DNA from: Camelus ferus
Taxonomy: Eukaryota
Reading direction: 5' to 3'
Length of the DNA: 64,000 bases
Assembly: GCF_009834535.1 (NCBI RefSeq)
Contig: NC_045697.1
Location: forward strand, 2,110,001 to 2,174,000
In this document: in pieces, positions 53,401 to 64,000 of the stretch
How the letters are laid out: each line of letters opens with the position of its first letter
Position numbering within the stretch: position 1 is the first letter of the stretch
The notes under the pieces: model-generated
What the model saw: the letters and a program-made list of their open reading frames with translations, nothing else
What the model was told of the DNA's origin: nothing
Database searches by the model: none
Position numbers and translations under genes: made by a program

Positions 53401-56400
53401 GGAAACACCTTAGTGCACACCCTAGCTTCCATGGCCCTGATCTCTCCAAACCCAGGCCCTGACATCACAGATGAGGGCCAAATGTGAGGACCCAGCTGGG
53501 AGGGCAGGGGTCTCGAGGACTGATGTGGCATCGGGGGCCAGGTGAGCACTCCAGGGAGCTGGCCCCCAGGCTGGGAGTGGGGCTGGGAGGATGCACACAG
53601 TCCCTCAGGCAGAGAGTTTGGGGCACAGTGGGGATGGGGTGTTCAGGGGTCCCCGCTATCCTCTGAGCAGGGGAGCGATACACCCCTCTGGACCTGTAGT
53701 CGCTGTGGGGGCTGCAAAGTCCCTTGTCTTCTCTCTCCCAGGGTTGGGGGCTGAGCCTGTCTGCACTGGCTGCCCTGGGCTCGCGGCCAGCCCAGGCCTC
53801 CTGCTGACCTGGCAGGTGGCCTCGACAGCTCCAGTCAGTGTGCTGGTCCGGAGGGCAGAGCCTGGATGGGAGCCTGGGAAACCCACCTGTGAGGGGCATC
53901 AGCCCCTCCCTCATGTGGAGGGGAGATGGAGGCTCCGAGCTGCTGGCAACCTCTCTCCACTTCCCTAGCCCTGTAAAGGGGCATTAACCCCGCAACCCGC
54001 AGCCTCATGTGAGGATGACAGTGGCATGGGCTTACCACAGGGTGTGGCACACACTCTCAGTACGGCCAGGGTTGAGTGTGGGTCCACTGGGCCCCAGGGC
54101 CTCCGTCATGCCTGAATTTCTCTGGGTGGAGGGAACGCACTGGAGGGCGTGTGTGTGCTGGATGCTGGCCCCCTGGTCCCCTCATTCTGCAAAGGGGATG
54201 TGACGTGGAACAGGCCGATCTGGGCCTGTGATCCATCCGCCCAGCTGGCAGCCCACAGGACCCTGCATTTGAGGGGACGAGGCACAGGCTGCAGAGATGC
54301 TCAGCAAAGAGGTGGATAGGCAGGTGAGGTTCAAGCTCCTGCTCGAGCCAGCAAGACGGCTATAGCCACCGAATTCATGACGATCAGCCATCCTGGGCTG
54401 GGGAGGTTAACAGTTTGGAGATGCAGAGAGAGGCAGGAAGGGGTGTGTGGCTGGGGTGTAGGGGTGTAGGTGGCTTTGTGGGATGGGCAGTTTGGCAAAG
54501 TGGCCCTGGAGCTGGCCTGGGAGCCACAGCCAGAGTCTGAGGGGCCTTGACCACGGCCAGGCCTGCGCACTTCCCTGCCTGGGGATTTGCTCGGGAGCGA
54601 GGGCGAGCACAGCTGCTGGCCTGCCTGCCCGGGGCTGGTGTGGAGGGGCCAGATGGGACATCGGTCAGAGTCCTTTCTGCTGGACACGCCCTGGCCACTG
54701 TGCTGCCCAGAGCAGTGGGGGGGTTTCGGGGGCCCTCTCCCAGCTTTGTTCATCTCTCTTGCGTGGGTGCTCAAAGTGCACTTCCCTCCTCAGGCCCCTG
54801 GATGTGCGGTCCTGGAGCTGCTCAGGGCCCCCTGGGGGAAGGAGACCAGCGTCCTCGCTGGACTGTGGCCTTCTGGGCACCAAGGCTCAGACAGGATGAC
54901 TTGAGGCCACTTTGAGGCCTGGCGTGCAGACCTGGGGTTGGCCCTGGTGTGCCCGGCGCGGGGCCGGGACAGTGGCCCAGCTGGCTCCTTGGACACTGTT
55001 TTATTTGCCCGGACATCATGTAATAGGGCCGTGGGATACTTTTCCTCTGAGGCTTCAGAGGAAATTCCGACCCTTGGAGTGGGTGGGCTCCTTTCCGGCT
55101 CATCGGCCGTTTCAGGCATCTGAGCAGCACCCACCGCGAGGGCAGAAGCTGCACTCGAGTTGCCGTGCTTCCCGGGCTCCCCGGCATGAGCCGCGGCAGC
55201 ACCGTCCCAGCGCCTCTGCTTGAGGCCACGCGTTAGCTCCGTCCCCCAAGCTCTGCTGGCCTGGCCGGTCTGCCTTGACCTGTGGGTGTGAGTCTGGGTG
55301 TGCTCTGTCCACCGGGGACCCCGACCCCAAAGGGAGTCCCTCCTGGGGATCCTCATCTTCCCTCAAGTCCCCGTCCGAGGCCCCTGGCCAAGCCCGCCTG
55401 GTCAGCGGTGGCTGGAGAGCACGGTGGGGGCAGCAGGTGGCAGGGCCAGTCTGGACCCTCTGCAAGTCCTGCTGGGCTCCCTTCTCCTTCAGGGACAGGC
55501 TTGCCACTGCTCCACCGGCTATTCCGGTTTCTAGACCGTCACCAGACTCACTGCAGGGCTGGGTGGTGGAGGGATGGCTCACCCCTGCGCCCGTGGTCAG
55601 AGCACCAGGCCACTCAGGGCCTGGGCCCGCCCGGGAGGAGGGCGGCAGCTCGTGTCCGGAGGGGGAGGGGGGTGAGTTAGTGTCCTGAGGCTGCCGTAGC
55701 GAATTACCACAAACTGGGGCCCTTAGAACCACACAGATTGACTCCTTCACTGTTCTGTCCAAAGTCAAAGTTTGAGTGGGGTTGGGCTCCCTCGGAGGCT
55801 CCCGGGGAGGGTCCTTCCTGCCTGTTCCAGCTCCTGTGGCCCCAGGGCTTCCCGGGCTGGTGGCCGCATTTAGCTCAGTTTCTGCTCCGTCTTCACACGA
55901 CCTCTCCCTCTGCCTCCTCCTCCGTGTCTGTGGGATATCGGTCCCTGGATATCAGGCCACCTGCCAACCTGGGATGCTCTCATCTTGGAATTCCCCCTGA
56001 TTACATCTACAAAGACCCTTTCCCCAAATAAGGCCACAGGCAGAGGCTCTGGGATGTGAATCTGCTCTGAGACCCTGTTCAGCTCATGACAAGGGTCACT
56101 TGGGCTGTAAAATTTCTAGAATTCAGGTCATGTGGGGTCTGGGGCCCCGGGCATGTTCAATCTGGGACAGACAGTGGGTTAGAGCCATCAGAAGGCCCTG
56201 GAAGGTTTTGGATGTAAAGAATTAACATCTCCTCCCCGGTTCAGGTCCCAGCCTGGCCCCCAGGCCCCCAGAACCATACCCTCTGGATCCCCAACCCCAG
56301 ACCACTCTTCAGAGAGCAGTGAACGTGACCCTGGCCCCCTTCAACCACCCTGAGACATTCGGTGGTGGGATGTCAGGAGTGGGCCCTGGAGACTGTGGGG

Positions 56401-59400
56401 GAGGGGGTCGGGGCAGGCGTGCAGGTCTTGGTGTGGCTCTGAGTGCCCCACATGTGGACACGTTCCCTCTGTCCCTGTCTGTTCCCTCCACATGGACAGC
56501 ACCCTGGCCGGGTTATTTGGATGGAGGTTGGGCTTGGTGGCCGGGAGCCCGAGGTCCCCAGTGTGGTCTGATTCTGCCTCTCGGTTGGTTACAGGCCCCT
56601 GTGTGTGTTAGGGCTGCAGGGCAGGGGAGGGACACACTAGGGTGGGGTGCAGAGATTCAGGGAGTCCTCCCCACTGGACAGGCTCAGCTGACGGGGAGAA
56701 AGGTGGGCTCAGGAGACAGGGTCTGCCCGGAGTTGGAGTCCGGGGCCTTAGGTTAAACAGACGTTTCCGGGAGGGGGCGGGGCTTACAGGACGTCTCCCT
56801 CTTTTACATTGACAGGTCCTGTCAAGGGCCTTTCAAGGGCATTTCCACATCCAGGTGAGCTGGCTGCGTTCACAAGGGTCAGGGTCCTTGGGTGCTGAGG
56901 AATTCAGCAGGTGGCAGAGGGCGGGAGTCCAAAGCTGGTCCCTGATGTCTGTGGCAGAGGCTCCCCCATGTCCTCTGTGCTGGCTGCTCCCTGCTCCTCC
57001 CTCCCTCCTCAGGGTCCAGGCCAACCCTTCAGCCCCTCGGGGCACGGTGAGCATTTAAAAATGATTTTTGTAGGTGAGTAAAGGATGAGGATCCAAGGGG
57101 AGGCTGTCTTGCTCTGTATTTAGAACACTCGCGTCTTTCTGTCCAGCTCTGATAATCCTCTGGTGCCTCTTTTGGGCTTTGTGGTCCAAATACCGGGTGG
57201 TCTCGCCAGAGCTGGCTGAAGCCCTGGTCTTGGACGCCAGGACTCTGGGGGAGAAGGGAATGTGTTCAGCGGCCTCTGCGCCAGGCACTGGGAGAAGGGT
57301 TGGAGCCAGGACTACATGGCAGGGCTGGGAAGACTGAGCCTGTGTGAGATGGACACGAGACATTTAGAGTCCGCAGGGGCTTCAGGGGAGCCAGGGAGGG
57401 CCACAGACCCCAGCCCAGGGGCATCGGGGAGGCCCTCTGGAGATGAGCCTGAGTGGGGTTCTACAGGGCAAATAGGAGTTGGCTCAGCTGCCGAAGGGTA
57501 GGAAGGGGTGGTGGGAAGAGAAACAGTGCTCCAGGCATACGTTACGCAGGAACAGGTTACCTGAACAGCACGTGCAGGAGCCCTGTTAGGTGGGGGGCAG
57601 AGGTGAGGCCGGGGGAGGAGGAGACAGTGTTGGGTTACAGAAAGGCCGGTAGGAGCTGGCACTGTGTGCCCAGCGTAGCGGGAAGCCACTGAGGGTGCTT
57701 GAGCGGGACTGACAGATCTGTGCTGAGGGTGGTAGCTTTGGCTCCAGGGTGCAGATGGGATGGTGGGGGGCGCGGGGTGTGCTCCGTGTGGACTGGCGGA
57801 GAGAGGGAGAGGCTGTGAAAGCTGCTGTGCGGTGGGCGGGGCCTGTGGACTCAGGAGCGTTAACAAGGCCTGAGTGAGGGGCGCAGGGCGGTTGGGTGGG
57901 GAGGACGGAGAGTCCCAGGAGGGCAGGCCTGGGCTGAGGCCTGTTCGGGTGCTTGGCCTTTGGGGTGGGGAGGCGTCCAGGGCAAGGTTGTAGCCAGTGC
58001 GGAGGCCCCGTCTCGAGCCCGTTCAGGTTTATACGCAGAGACCCAGCCTCCCCTTTGGGTCTGGGCCCCTATCCCGTTTTTGGCAGGTTTGTGGTCCATT
58101 TCAGCCCTCTGCCCTGAAGTCTCTGCTCTGGGGTGGGAGTTGGGCCCGGAATCCACCACCCTTCTGTAGCCCATTTTCATATTTGCAGACAAGGGTGATT
58201 CTGGGCTCTCTGAGTGTCTGGGAGGCCGAGGTCTCATGGGACCAGGGAGAGATGGGACCAGGGGCGATAGTCACCCCGAGAGTCACGCTGCAGGGTCCCC
58301 TGTGTTGTAGGGTTTTAAGTGCTCACTTGTGTTCAAGCATCTGTCCTCACACTGACCCTGTGGAGTGTGTGCACACCCCCATTTTACAGGTGGGGAGACT
58401 GAGGCACAGAGCTATCTGGCACCTGCCCTGGTCTGTACATCAGAGCACGGTGGAGCTGAGATCCGGCCCTGGGTGGCCTGGCCCCACTCTCCGGGCCCTG
58501 CTGTGCCGCCCGCCAGCCCCAGTGCCTGACTGGCCGCGGGGCCCGGTGGGGCAGGAGTAGCTGCGGTAATTTCCGCTCCAGCCCTCCGCAGCCTCTGGGC
58601 TTCCTCCACTGGGTATTTTGCTTCTGTCTGTGTTCTCCCAAGCAGAAAAGCAGCCTGAGGGGCAGGTCTGGTGTCCCCCTGTTCTCATGGACACGCAGTG
58701 TGGCCTCGTGTGAGACTGGCATGCGAGAAACTGAGTCCTTGGACATGAAGTCCCTGTTACTCTAGGATTTCAGTGTGTGACTCCACAGATTCCCCAGACT
58801 TCAGCCATGTCTCTTAGCTTGTCTGAGCCTCAGTTTCCTTACCTGCACTGTGGGGCTCCCTGTGCCCCTAATATGAGATGCAGGGAGCACAGGGTCACAG
58901 ACCAAGTGGTGGCCTGGATCCTGGTGCCCTCAGTGCTCAAGCCATGCCCTCGCCTTGCCTCCCAGGAAGACTGGCCCCCAGGCTGCTCCCAGTTCCAGCT
59001 ACTCTGCAGCGTCTTGTGGATTGGGAGTGACCCCCACCCCATGGGGCTCTGGCAAAGGAGTGTCTGGTACTGATGCAGCCAGGTGCCTGGGCAGTGGGTG
59101 ATAGTGTCCCCGAGAGGGACCCCAAGTCCTGCTCTCCCAGCAAGAGACCCCTGTGCTGGGCCAGACTGGCCCTGTATGGACTGGGCCGGCAGGCTGTGGT
59201 TTGCAGAATTCTCCTGCTGGTGGAGACTCGAGCTGAGCAATGTCCTTCCCACCCGCACCTCTGAGCCCCACCTTGGCATGGCCCCGGGGGGCAGCAGGCA
59301 CCCCGGGGAAAGAGCAGGGCCTGGGTTTGAATCTCCACCACTGCCCCCCAGCCCGCACCTATGCTCCATGTCCCAAAGCAGGGATGGGGGCTTGCAGCCG

Positions 59401-62400
59401 ATGCGGTTTGCTGCCATCCCTGCACCCTGTGCACCTGACGTGGGGCCCGGGGGCGGACGCCTGGCCCTCTCCTTGCTGGGTCGTTCAGGATGCCATTTCA
59501 GAGGACAGAGCTGGTGGGTGGGGCTCTCCGCCTGCCCTTGGGGAGACACAGAGAAAGCAAGACCTTAGGTCTGCCCTGAGGAGCCTCTCACCTGGGCAGG
59601 CTGCGCCCAGGGGCCCAGTGCAGCTGTGGAGCGGGGGCAGCACTGGAGGAGAGTGGGTTGCTCAGGAATGGCCTCGGCTGGACCTCGCAAGGAGCAGGGT
59701 GCTGGTGGGTGACAGGGAGGTTGAGGCTGACGTGGCCAACGCCCCTGCTCTGTGCTCAGGACAGTGCTGGCGCCCCCACCATGCACAGGGGTGGTTGTCT
59801 TGGTGCTTAGAGCCTGCATCTGGCTTTTAGCGGGCAGCAGCTGCCAGGATGGTAGGTGCCTGCCCTGAGCTGCTGCATCCTGCGCGGATGGTCATGGTGT
59901 CCGTGAGAGGACGGGTTGGAAGGGTGGGGACACGCTTGAATGAGCCCAGGATGGAGCCTGCTTCCCAGGGGAGTGGCTTGGTTTTTTGTTTTGTTTGTTT
60001 CACTGTGGTAAAATGCACGTAACACAACATTGACCATTTCAACCGTGTTTAGTGTGTTGTTCAGCAGCCGTGAGCACATTCATTCCTGTCCCTGTGCCAC
60101 CATCACCACCGTCTGTCTCCAGAATCTTCCCAAACTCTGTCCCCATTAAACTAACTTCCTCTTCCCTCTCCCTGCACCCGCTCTTCTTCTTTTTGTCTCT
60201 GCTTTTGATGACTCCAGGGACCTCTTATAGGTGGAATCACACAGCATTTCTCCTTTTGTGACCAGCTTGCTTCACTGAGCACCGTGTCCTCTAGGTTCCT
60301 CCAGGTTGTAGCAGGTGTCAGAATTCCCTTCCTTTTTAAGACTGAATTATATTCCACTATGTGGATGGGCCACATTTTGTTTATCCAGCCGTCAGTGGAC
60401 ACTTGGATTGCTTGCACATTTGAGCTATTGTGAGTAATGCTGCCGTGAACACGAGGATGCCAATATCTCTCCGAGCCCTTGCTTTGAATTCTCCCGGCTG
60501 CGAGCCCAGCAGCAGAACTGCTGCATCAGATGGTGGTTCTCGGTTTAATTTTTTGAGGGCCTGCCGCGCTGTTTCTGCACGACTGTACTGTAGACACTTC
60601 CCCCGGCGGTACCCGGGGGCCGGCTTCTCCGCCTCCTCGCCAGCACTTGCTGTGTTCTGTTTTGTTTTTGTTTGTTGTTGAAAGTAATAGTCCTAGTGGG
60701 TGTGAAACACGAGGTGAAATTTAAAACGTCATTTCAGACGAACTTATTTTGTTGTATTTTGCTCCTTTCTCCCAAAATAAGGGCAGAGAGAAGTGGAAGT
60801 CGAAGTGGTGCATGCTTTACTCTCTGAGGGAACTGCGGGATAACAGCCCAGCGGGCTCGGCTAGCTGCGCCGGCGCCCTGACCGCGCGGCGCCTGTCTGG
60901 ACCGGGCTTTCTGGACGCTCCTCAGCAGGAGGGCCCTGCAGCCGCTTCCAGGCCGTGTCCCCGGCGGGACTCGCGTGCGGCCCTGTCTGCCGGGCTCGTT
61001 GTGCGTTTGCGTGGAGGGGTGTCTTCTCCTGGTCGTTGAACCTCTGAGATGAATGCAGTGCTTTCGCACTGGGGATGCTTCTCCTGAGGAGCAACTGCAT
61101 TCGTAACGTGGGTGAGGTTTGCCTGTACCCCGGGGGGACCCGCAGTGTCTGTGCACAACACAAGGTGGCTGGAGGCCTGAAGGCCGCTTTCTGCTCAGAC
61201 GCCCTCCTCCGCAACTTAATTTCCCCATGTTATTTATTGCTGTGTAACAGACACCCCAAAACTTCATGCTAGTTCCATGGCTTGTGATTCTGTGGCTCTG
61301 GGATCACTCGGGCAGTGGCATTTGGAGGGCGGCCTCAGGCATAGCCTGGGGCCCTGGTGCCAGCTGTTGGCCGGGCCGCCTCGGTTCTGCTCGGTGGCCT
61401 CTCTCCAACAGGGCGGCGGGGCTGTGTTGGCAGCGACCACACCTGTGCGATGAGGCAACGGGGGGCCAGACTTTACCTTTCCTCCCCTCCCCCCAAACAG
61501 ACAAGCAAACAAGGAACGCGGAGAACGCCTCCCTGGGGCAGGCGGGGGCCTGGCTGCCGCCATGTCTCCCTCCCTCCGTCCACACTGAGCACAGGGTCTC
61601 CTGGGCGTCTGGCCCGGGCTTGGACACTGGGGGCCACAGAAAACTCAGAAGTGGTCCTGCCTCAAGGTGTTGGGCCTGGTGGCTGGGACATGTGATGTCA
61701 AGGGTCACAGGCTCTCCCCAGAGGTGTCCCCTGAAAGCGTCGCCGGCTGAACGGTCAGGGGTCAGAGGTGAGGAAAAGCCACCTTTCGCAGCAGAGTCTC
61801 CCTGGGCTCAGGTGGGGCCCCGAGGCCGCCAGGGGGAGCGGAGCGGCGGCTGCGCTCCCTCCAGGCCTCACCGGCCGCGTCCCCAGGAGCACGACGCCTG
61901 GAGGAATGCCGCCGGCTCCACTCCCTTCGTAATGTGGTTTTTTATAGTCTGAGGACTGACTGTGCCGCGGCCTCTGCCAGCTGACTGTAAGCTTGGGATT
62001 AGAGGCCTGGCCCTGGGGGAGCGGGGCGGTCCGGATGGGGCCTCCTCCCTGCACAGCCGCCAGTCGGCCAAGGTCCTGGGCTTGAGATCTCAGCCAGGGC
62101 ACCCTGCCCCAGAGGGACCCCACCCAGCCCTCCTGGGCAGCGGGTGCCCCCTTGGTCGGCGCCAGGGTGGGCCTCGCTCTGCTGCCCGGTCAGAGGCTCT
62201 GTGGTGCCGGGACGTGGCCCCTCTCTGGGTCTCAGTTTCCTCATCTCTAAAGCAGGCACGTCACCAGGTTTGGGCCCTGGGTGGCCGCCCAGCAACACAG
62301 CCGTGTTGCCACGTGTGGGGCTGGCCCGAGACCCTGGAATTCAAAGCGGCGAGCGTGACCAGGACGGTTTTAGTGTGGCGCTTCCCCGTCCTCCCTGTGC

Positions 62401-63423
62401 GCCCTCCTCCTGCCTTTCTTTGGGCAAAGGGCGGAGGGCGAGGCACCGAAGGATTCTTGTGCGGTGACAGCACGCCGGGTGTCCAGCCCACGTGACCTGT
62501 GTCCCCATTCACTCGACCACGGGACTTCATTCACGCTGGCGGGGCTCCGGCCCGGCCCAGGCCCCCACGGCCTCTCTCTGCCTGGCACCCTTGCAGCGGC
62601 AGTCCCCAGGTGCCCCCTCTGCCCGAGCCCCTGGGCTGGGATCTCAGCCGGGCCTTCCCTCTGTGGGTGGGAGCCCCTTGGCGGGACCTCAGCCCCATAG
62701 CTGCGCACTGTGGGCTCCAGCCCCCAACCAGGAAGAGGGGAGGGCTGTGAGGTGGAGCAGGTGCCAGCACCCCTCTCACCACAGCCCCGGGTAAGGAAGC
62801 AGAGTCATGCAGCCACCCTCCTGCAATGTGCATCCCGCCAGCCACCCCCTCAAATGAATGCGGGGCCCTCCTGTGCATCCAGGACACCCTCCTTGGCCTC
62901 CTCCCGTGGCCCCTTTCTCCAGAAATTCCAGCTCCTGCTGCTGGCCAGGGAGACACAAGGTGGCTGATGGCCTGGGACCCGCAGACAGGACTCCCTTCCC
63001 ACCTGGTTGCTGCTGCACAGCCTGGGCCCCGGGCAGGGCTGGTGCCCACAGGCCTGGGAGAGCTGGCGCCTGGCCCGAGCTGCCTGGACCGCTCGTGTGC
63101 TGACTGGGGCCGGAAGAGGCTCACCACGGCGCTCCGGGGACGCTCCCTCCAGCTTGGCGTGGGGGTGGGGTGGGGGGGTGCTCTCCGGCTTGCTCCAGCT
63201 TCTGCAGGCAGTCCCCATGCCGGCAGCCCCAAGGCCACCTTGCAGGGGTCCCACCCCACCCGAGCTCCGGCTGGGCTGACACAGGTCTGTCCCCCGTCTG
63301 CAGGGGCTGGAGTCTTCTTCCTGTCCTCGGCTGAGGGAGAGCGGATCAGCTTCCTGTTCGACTGCATCGTCCGCGGCATCTCCCCGACCAAGGGTCCCTT
63401 TGGGCTGCGGCCGGTTCTCCCAG
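41377..63423 (+). CDS. DOK7: Docking protein 7, exons 1-5 (3' partial): join(41377-41430,41503-41548,50770-51000,52834-53034,63304-63423)
   Basis: MTEAALVEGQVKLRDGKKWKSRWLVLRKPSPVADCLLML (PH domain); QWKLSDLRRYGAVPNGFIFEGGTRCGYWAGVFFL (PTB domain); 652 nt in frame. Confidence 0.97.
41503..41548 (+). CDS. DOK7: DOK7 exon 2
   Basis: ccccgcag| acceptor; CAG|gtgaga donor. Confidence 0.95.
47070..47185 (+). repeat. Degenerate (TG)n tract
   Basis: Alternating purine-pyrimidine sequence. Confidence 0.7.
48075..48415 (-). mobile_element. MLT1B/C-like LTR relic
   Basis: acaaattaccaccgactggggggctt...ctgcaaagaccctttctccaaatcaggtc. Confidence 0.7.
48685..48870. mobile_element. MER58A-like hAT-Charlie MITE
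   Basis: ccaaatccagcc...aataaagttttattagaacacagcc...ctttacagaaaggttt. Confidence 0.7.
50770..51000 (+). CDS. DOK7: DOK7 exon 3
   Basis: ctctacag| acceptor; AGG|gtgagt donor; 231 nt. Confidence 0.96.
51485..51785. mobile_element. MER96B-like hAT relics in inverted arrangement
   Basis: AT-rich tctttatttaaacatttgat...ttttgcattaaatttt and a diverged reverse-complement copy at 51485-51575. Confidence 0.6.
52834..53034 (+). CDS. DOK7: DOK7 exon 4
   Basis: cccccag| acceptor; ACT|gtaagt donor; 201 nt. Confidence 0.96.
55680..56080 (-). mobile_element. MLT1B/C-like solo LTR
   Basis: ggctgccgtagcgaattaccacaaactgg...gattacatctacaaagaccctttccccaaataagg. Confidence 0.75.
57380..57740 (-). mobile_element. 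L2 relic
   Basis: gggaagccactgagggtgcttgagc and other antisense L2 motifs. Confidence 0.5.
58370..58470 (-). mobile_element. MIR fragment
   Basis: cccattttacaggtggggagactgaggcacagag. Confidence 0.7.
58800..58880 (+). mobile_element. MIR fragment
   Basis: tctgagcctcagtttccttacctg. Confidence 0.6.
59985..60710 (-). mobile_element. L1MB-like 3' end fragment
   Basis: tgtggtaaaatgcacgtaacac...ttccttttta agactgaattatattcc...aatagtcctagtgggtgtgaa. Confidence 0.85.
61228..61320. mobile_element. MLT1-type LTR end fragment
   Basis: tattgctgtgtaacagacaccccaaaactt. Confidence 0.5.
63304..63423 (+). CDS. DOK7: DOK7 exon 5
   Basis: tctgcag| acceptor; CAG|gttcgt donor; 120 nt. Confidence 0.95.
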
Positions 63424-64000
63424 GTTCGTGAGGGAGCATGGCCGGGTGGGGAGAGCCAGGTGGGCTGCCTTCCCTCTGCCCTGCCCCGCCTCCCGTGCAC
63501 CCGGGAAACCCAGAGCATTGCTGACCTGACTGCATCGAGCGATCACACCACCAGGCTCCTGGAGGCACAGCTCCTCCTCCACGGGGTCTGAGGTGCGGGG
63601 ACATTTGAGGGCCATGGCTGCTGGCGGGGACAGCTACATGGCAGCTGCGCCAGGTGGATTAGCAAGAAGCCAGAGATGGGGATCCTGGAGACCTTCCGAG
63701 TGGGACCCAGTCTCCCCGACCTGAGGTCGCTGGGAAAGTGGGTCAAGACGGGCTCTGTCCGAGCTGGTGCTCAGGCTGGAAGCCACCTTGTGAGGTGGGG
63801 TCTCAGCACGTTGGGGTGGTGGGGGCAGGGGCTGCCCTGAGCTTGCCTGGTCTTCTCCCCCGACTCTCGGGGCTGTGGCCGGGCACCGTTCTTCAAGTGT
63901 CCTGGGCCAGGGGTGGTGCTGGAGCCCGGAGGGGCCACGCTGCCTGGGCACTTTGCCACTGTTACCGCCCCTGCCCAGTGAGGCAGCGCTTGTCCCCTTG

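Noticed and set aside
62531..63604. 357-aa minus-strand ORF across DOK7 exon 5
   Set aside because: Antisense shadow of GC-rich sequence with no protein family features
1..64000. CRISPR arrays, tRNA/rRNA genes or prokaryotic operons
   Set aside because: No spaced direct-repeat array or structural RNA signature; the sequence is mammalian exon-intron DNA

Overview
This is GC-rich mammalian genomic DNA with three consecutive + strand intron-containing genes in the conserved order RGS12 - HGFAC - DOK7. RGS12 is present as its 3' part: 14 coding exons at 4099-26281 encoding the RGS box, two Ras-binding domains, the GoLoco motif and the C-terminal ATFV motif, plus an intronic short-isoform ending. 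HGFAC is complete and intact (14 exons, 28447-36543, 657 aa). DOK7 is present as exons 1-5 (41377-63423, PH and PTB domains) and runs off the window. All exon junctions were checked by hand for GT-AG boundaries and frame continuity. The non-coding DNA holds only old repeats (L1M, L2, MIR, MLT1, LTR33-like, MER58/MER96B-like), and no young SINE was recognised. An L1 3' end suggests a laurasiatherian host. Almost all ORFs in the supplied track are GC-content artefacts. No new gene system was found. The most unusual items are: (1) a composite templated duplication in the last RGS12 intron, where a direct copy is fused to an inverted copy; (2) a perfect 51-bp inverted repeat with arms 2.3 kb apart; (3) a stop/AATAAA/strong-donor cluster that may control the RGS12 C-terminus; (4) an out-of-frame overlapping uORF at the DOK7 start; (5) an orphan promoter-like CpG patch in HGFAC intron 10; (6) a NAGNAG acceptor that would toggle an N-glycosylation site in the HGFAC protease domain. 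Comparisons with human are from memory and need checking.
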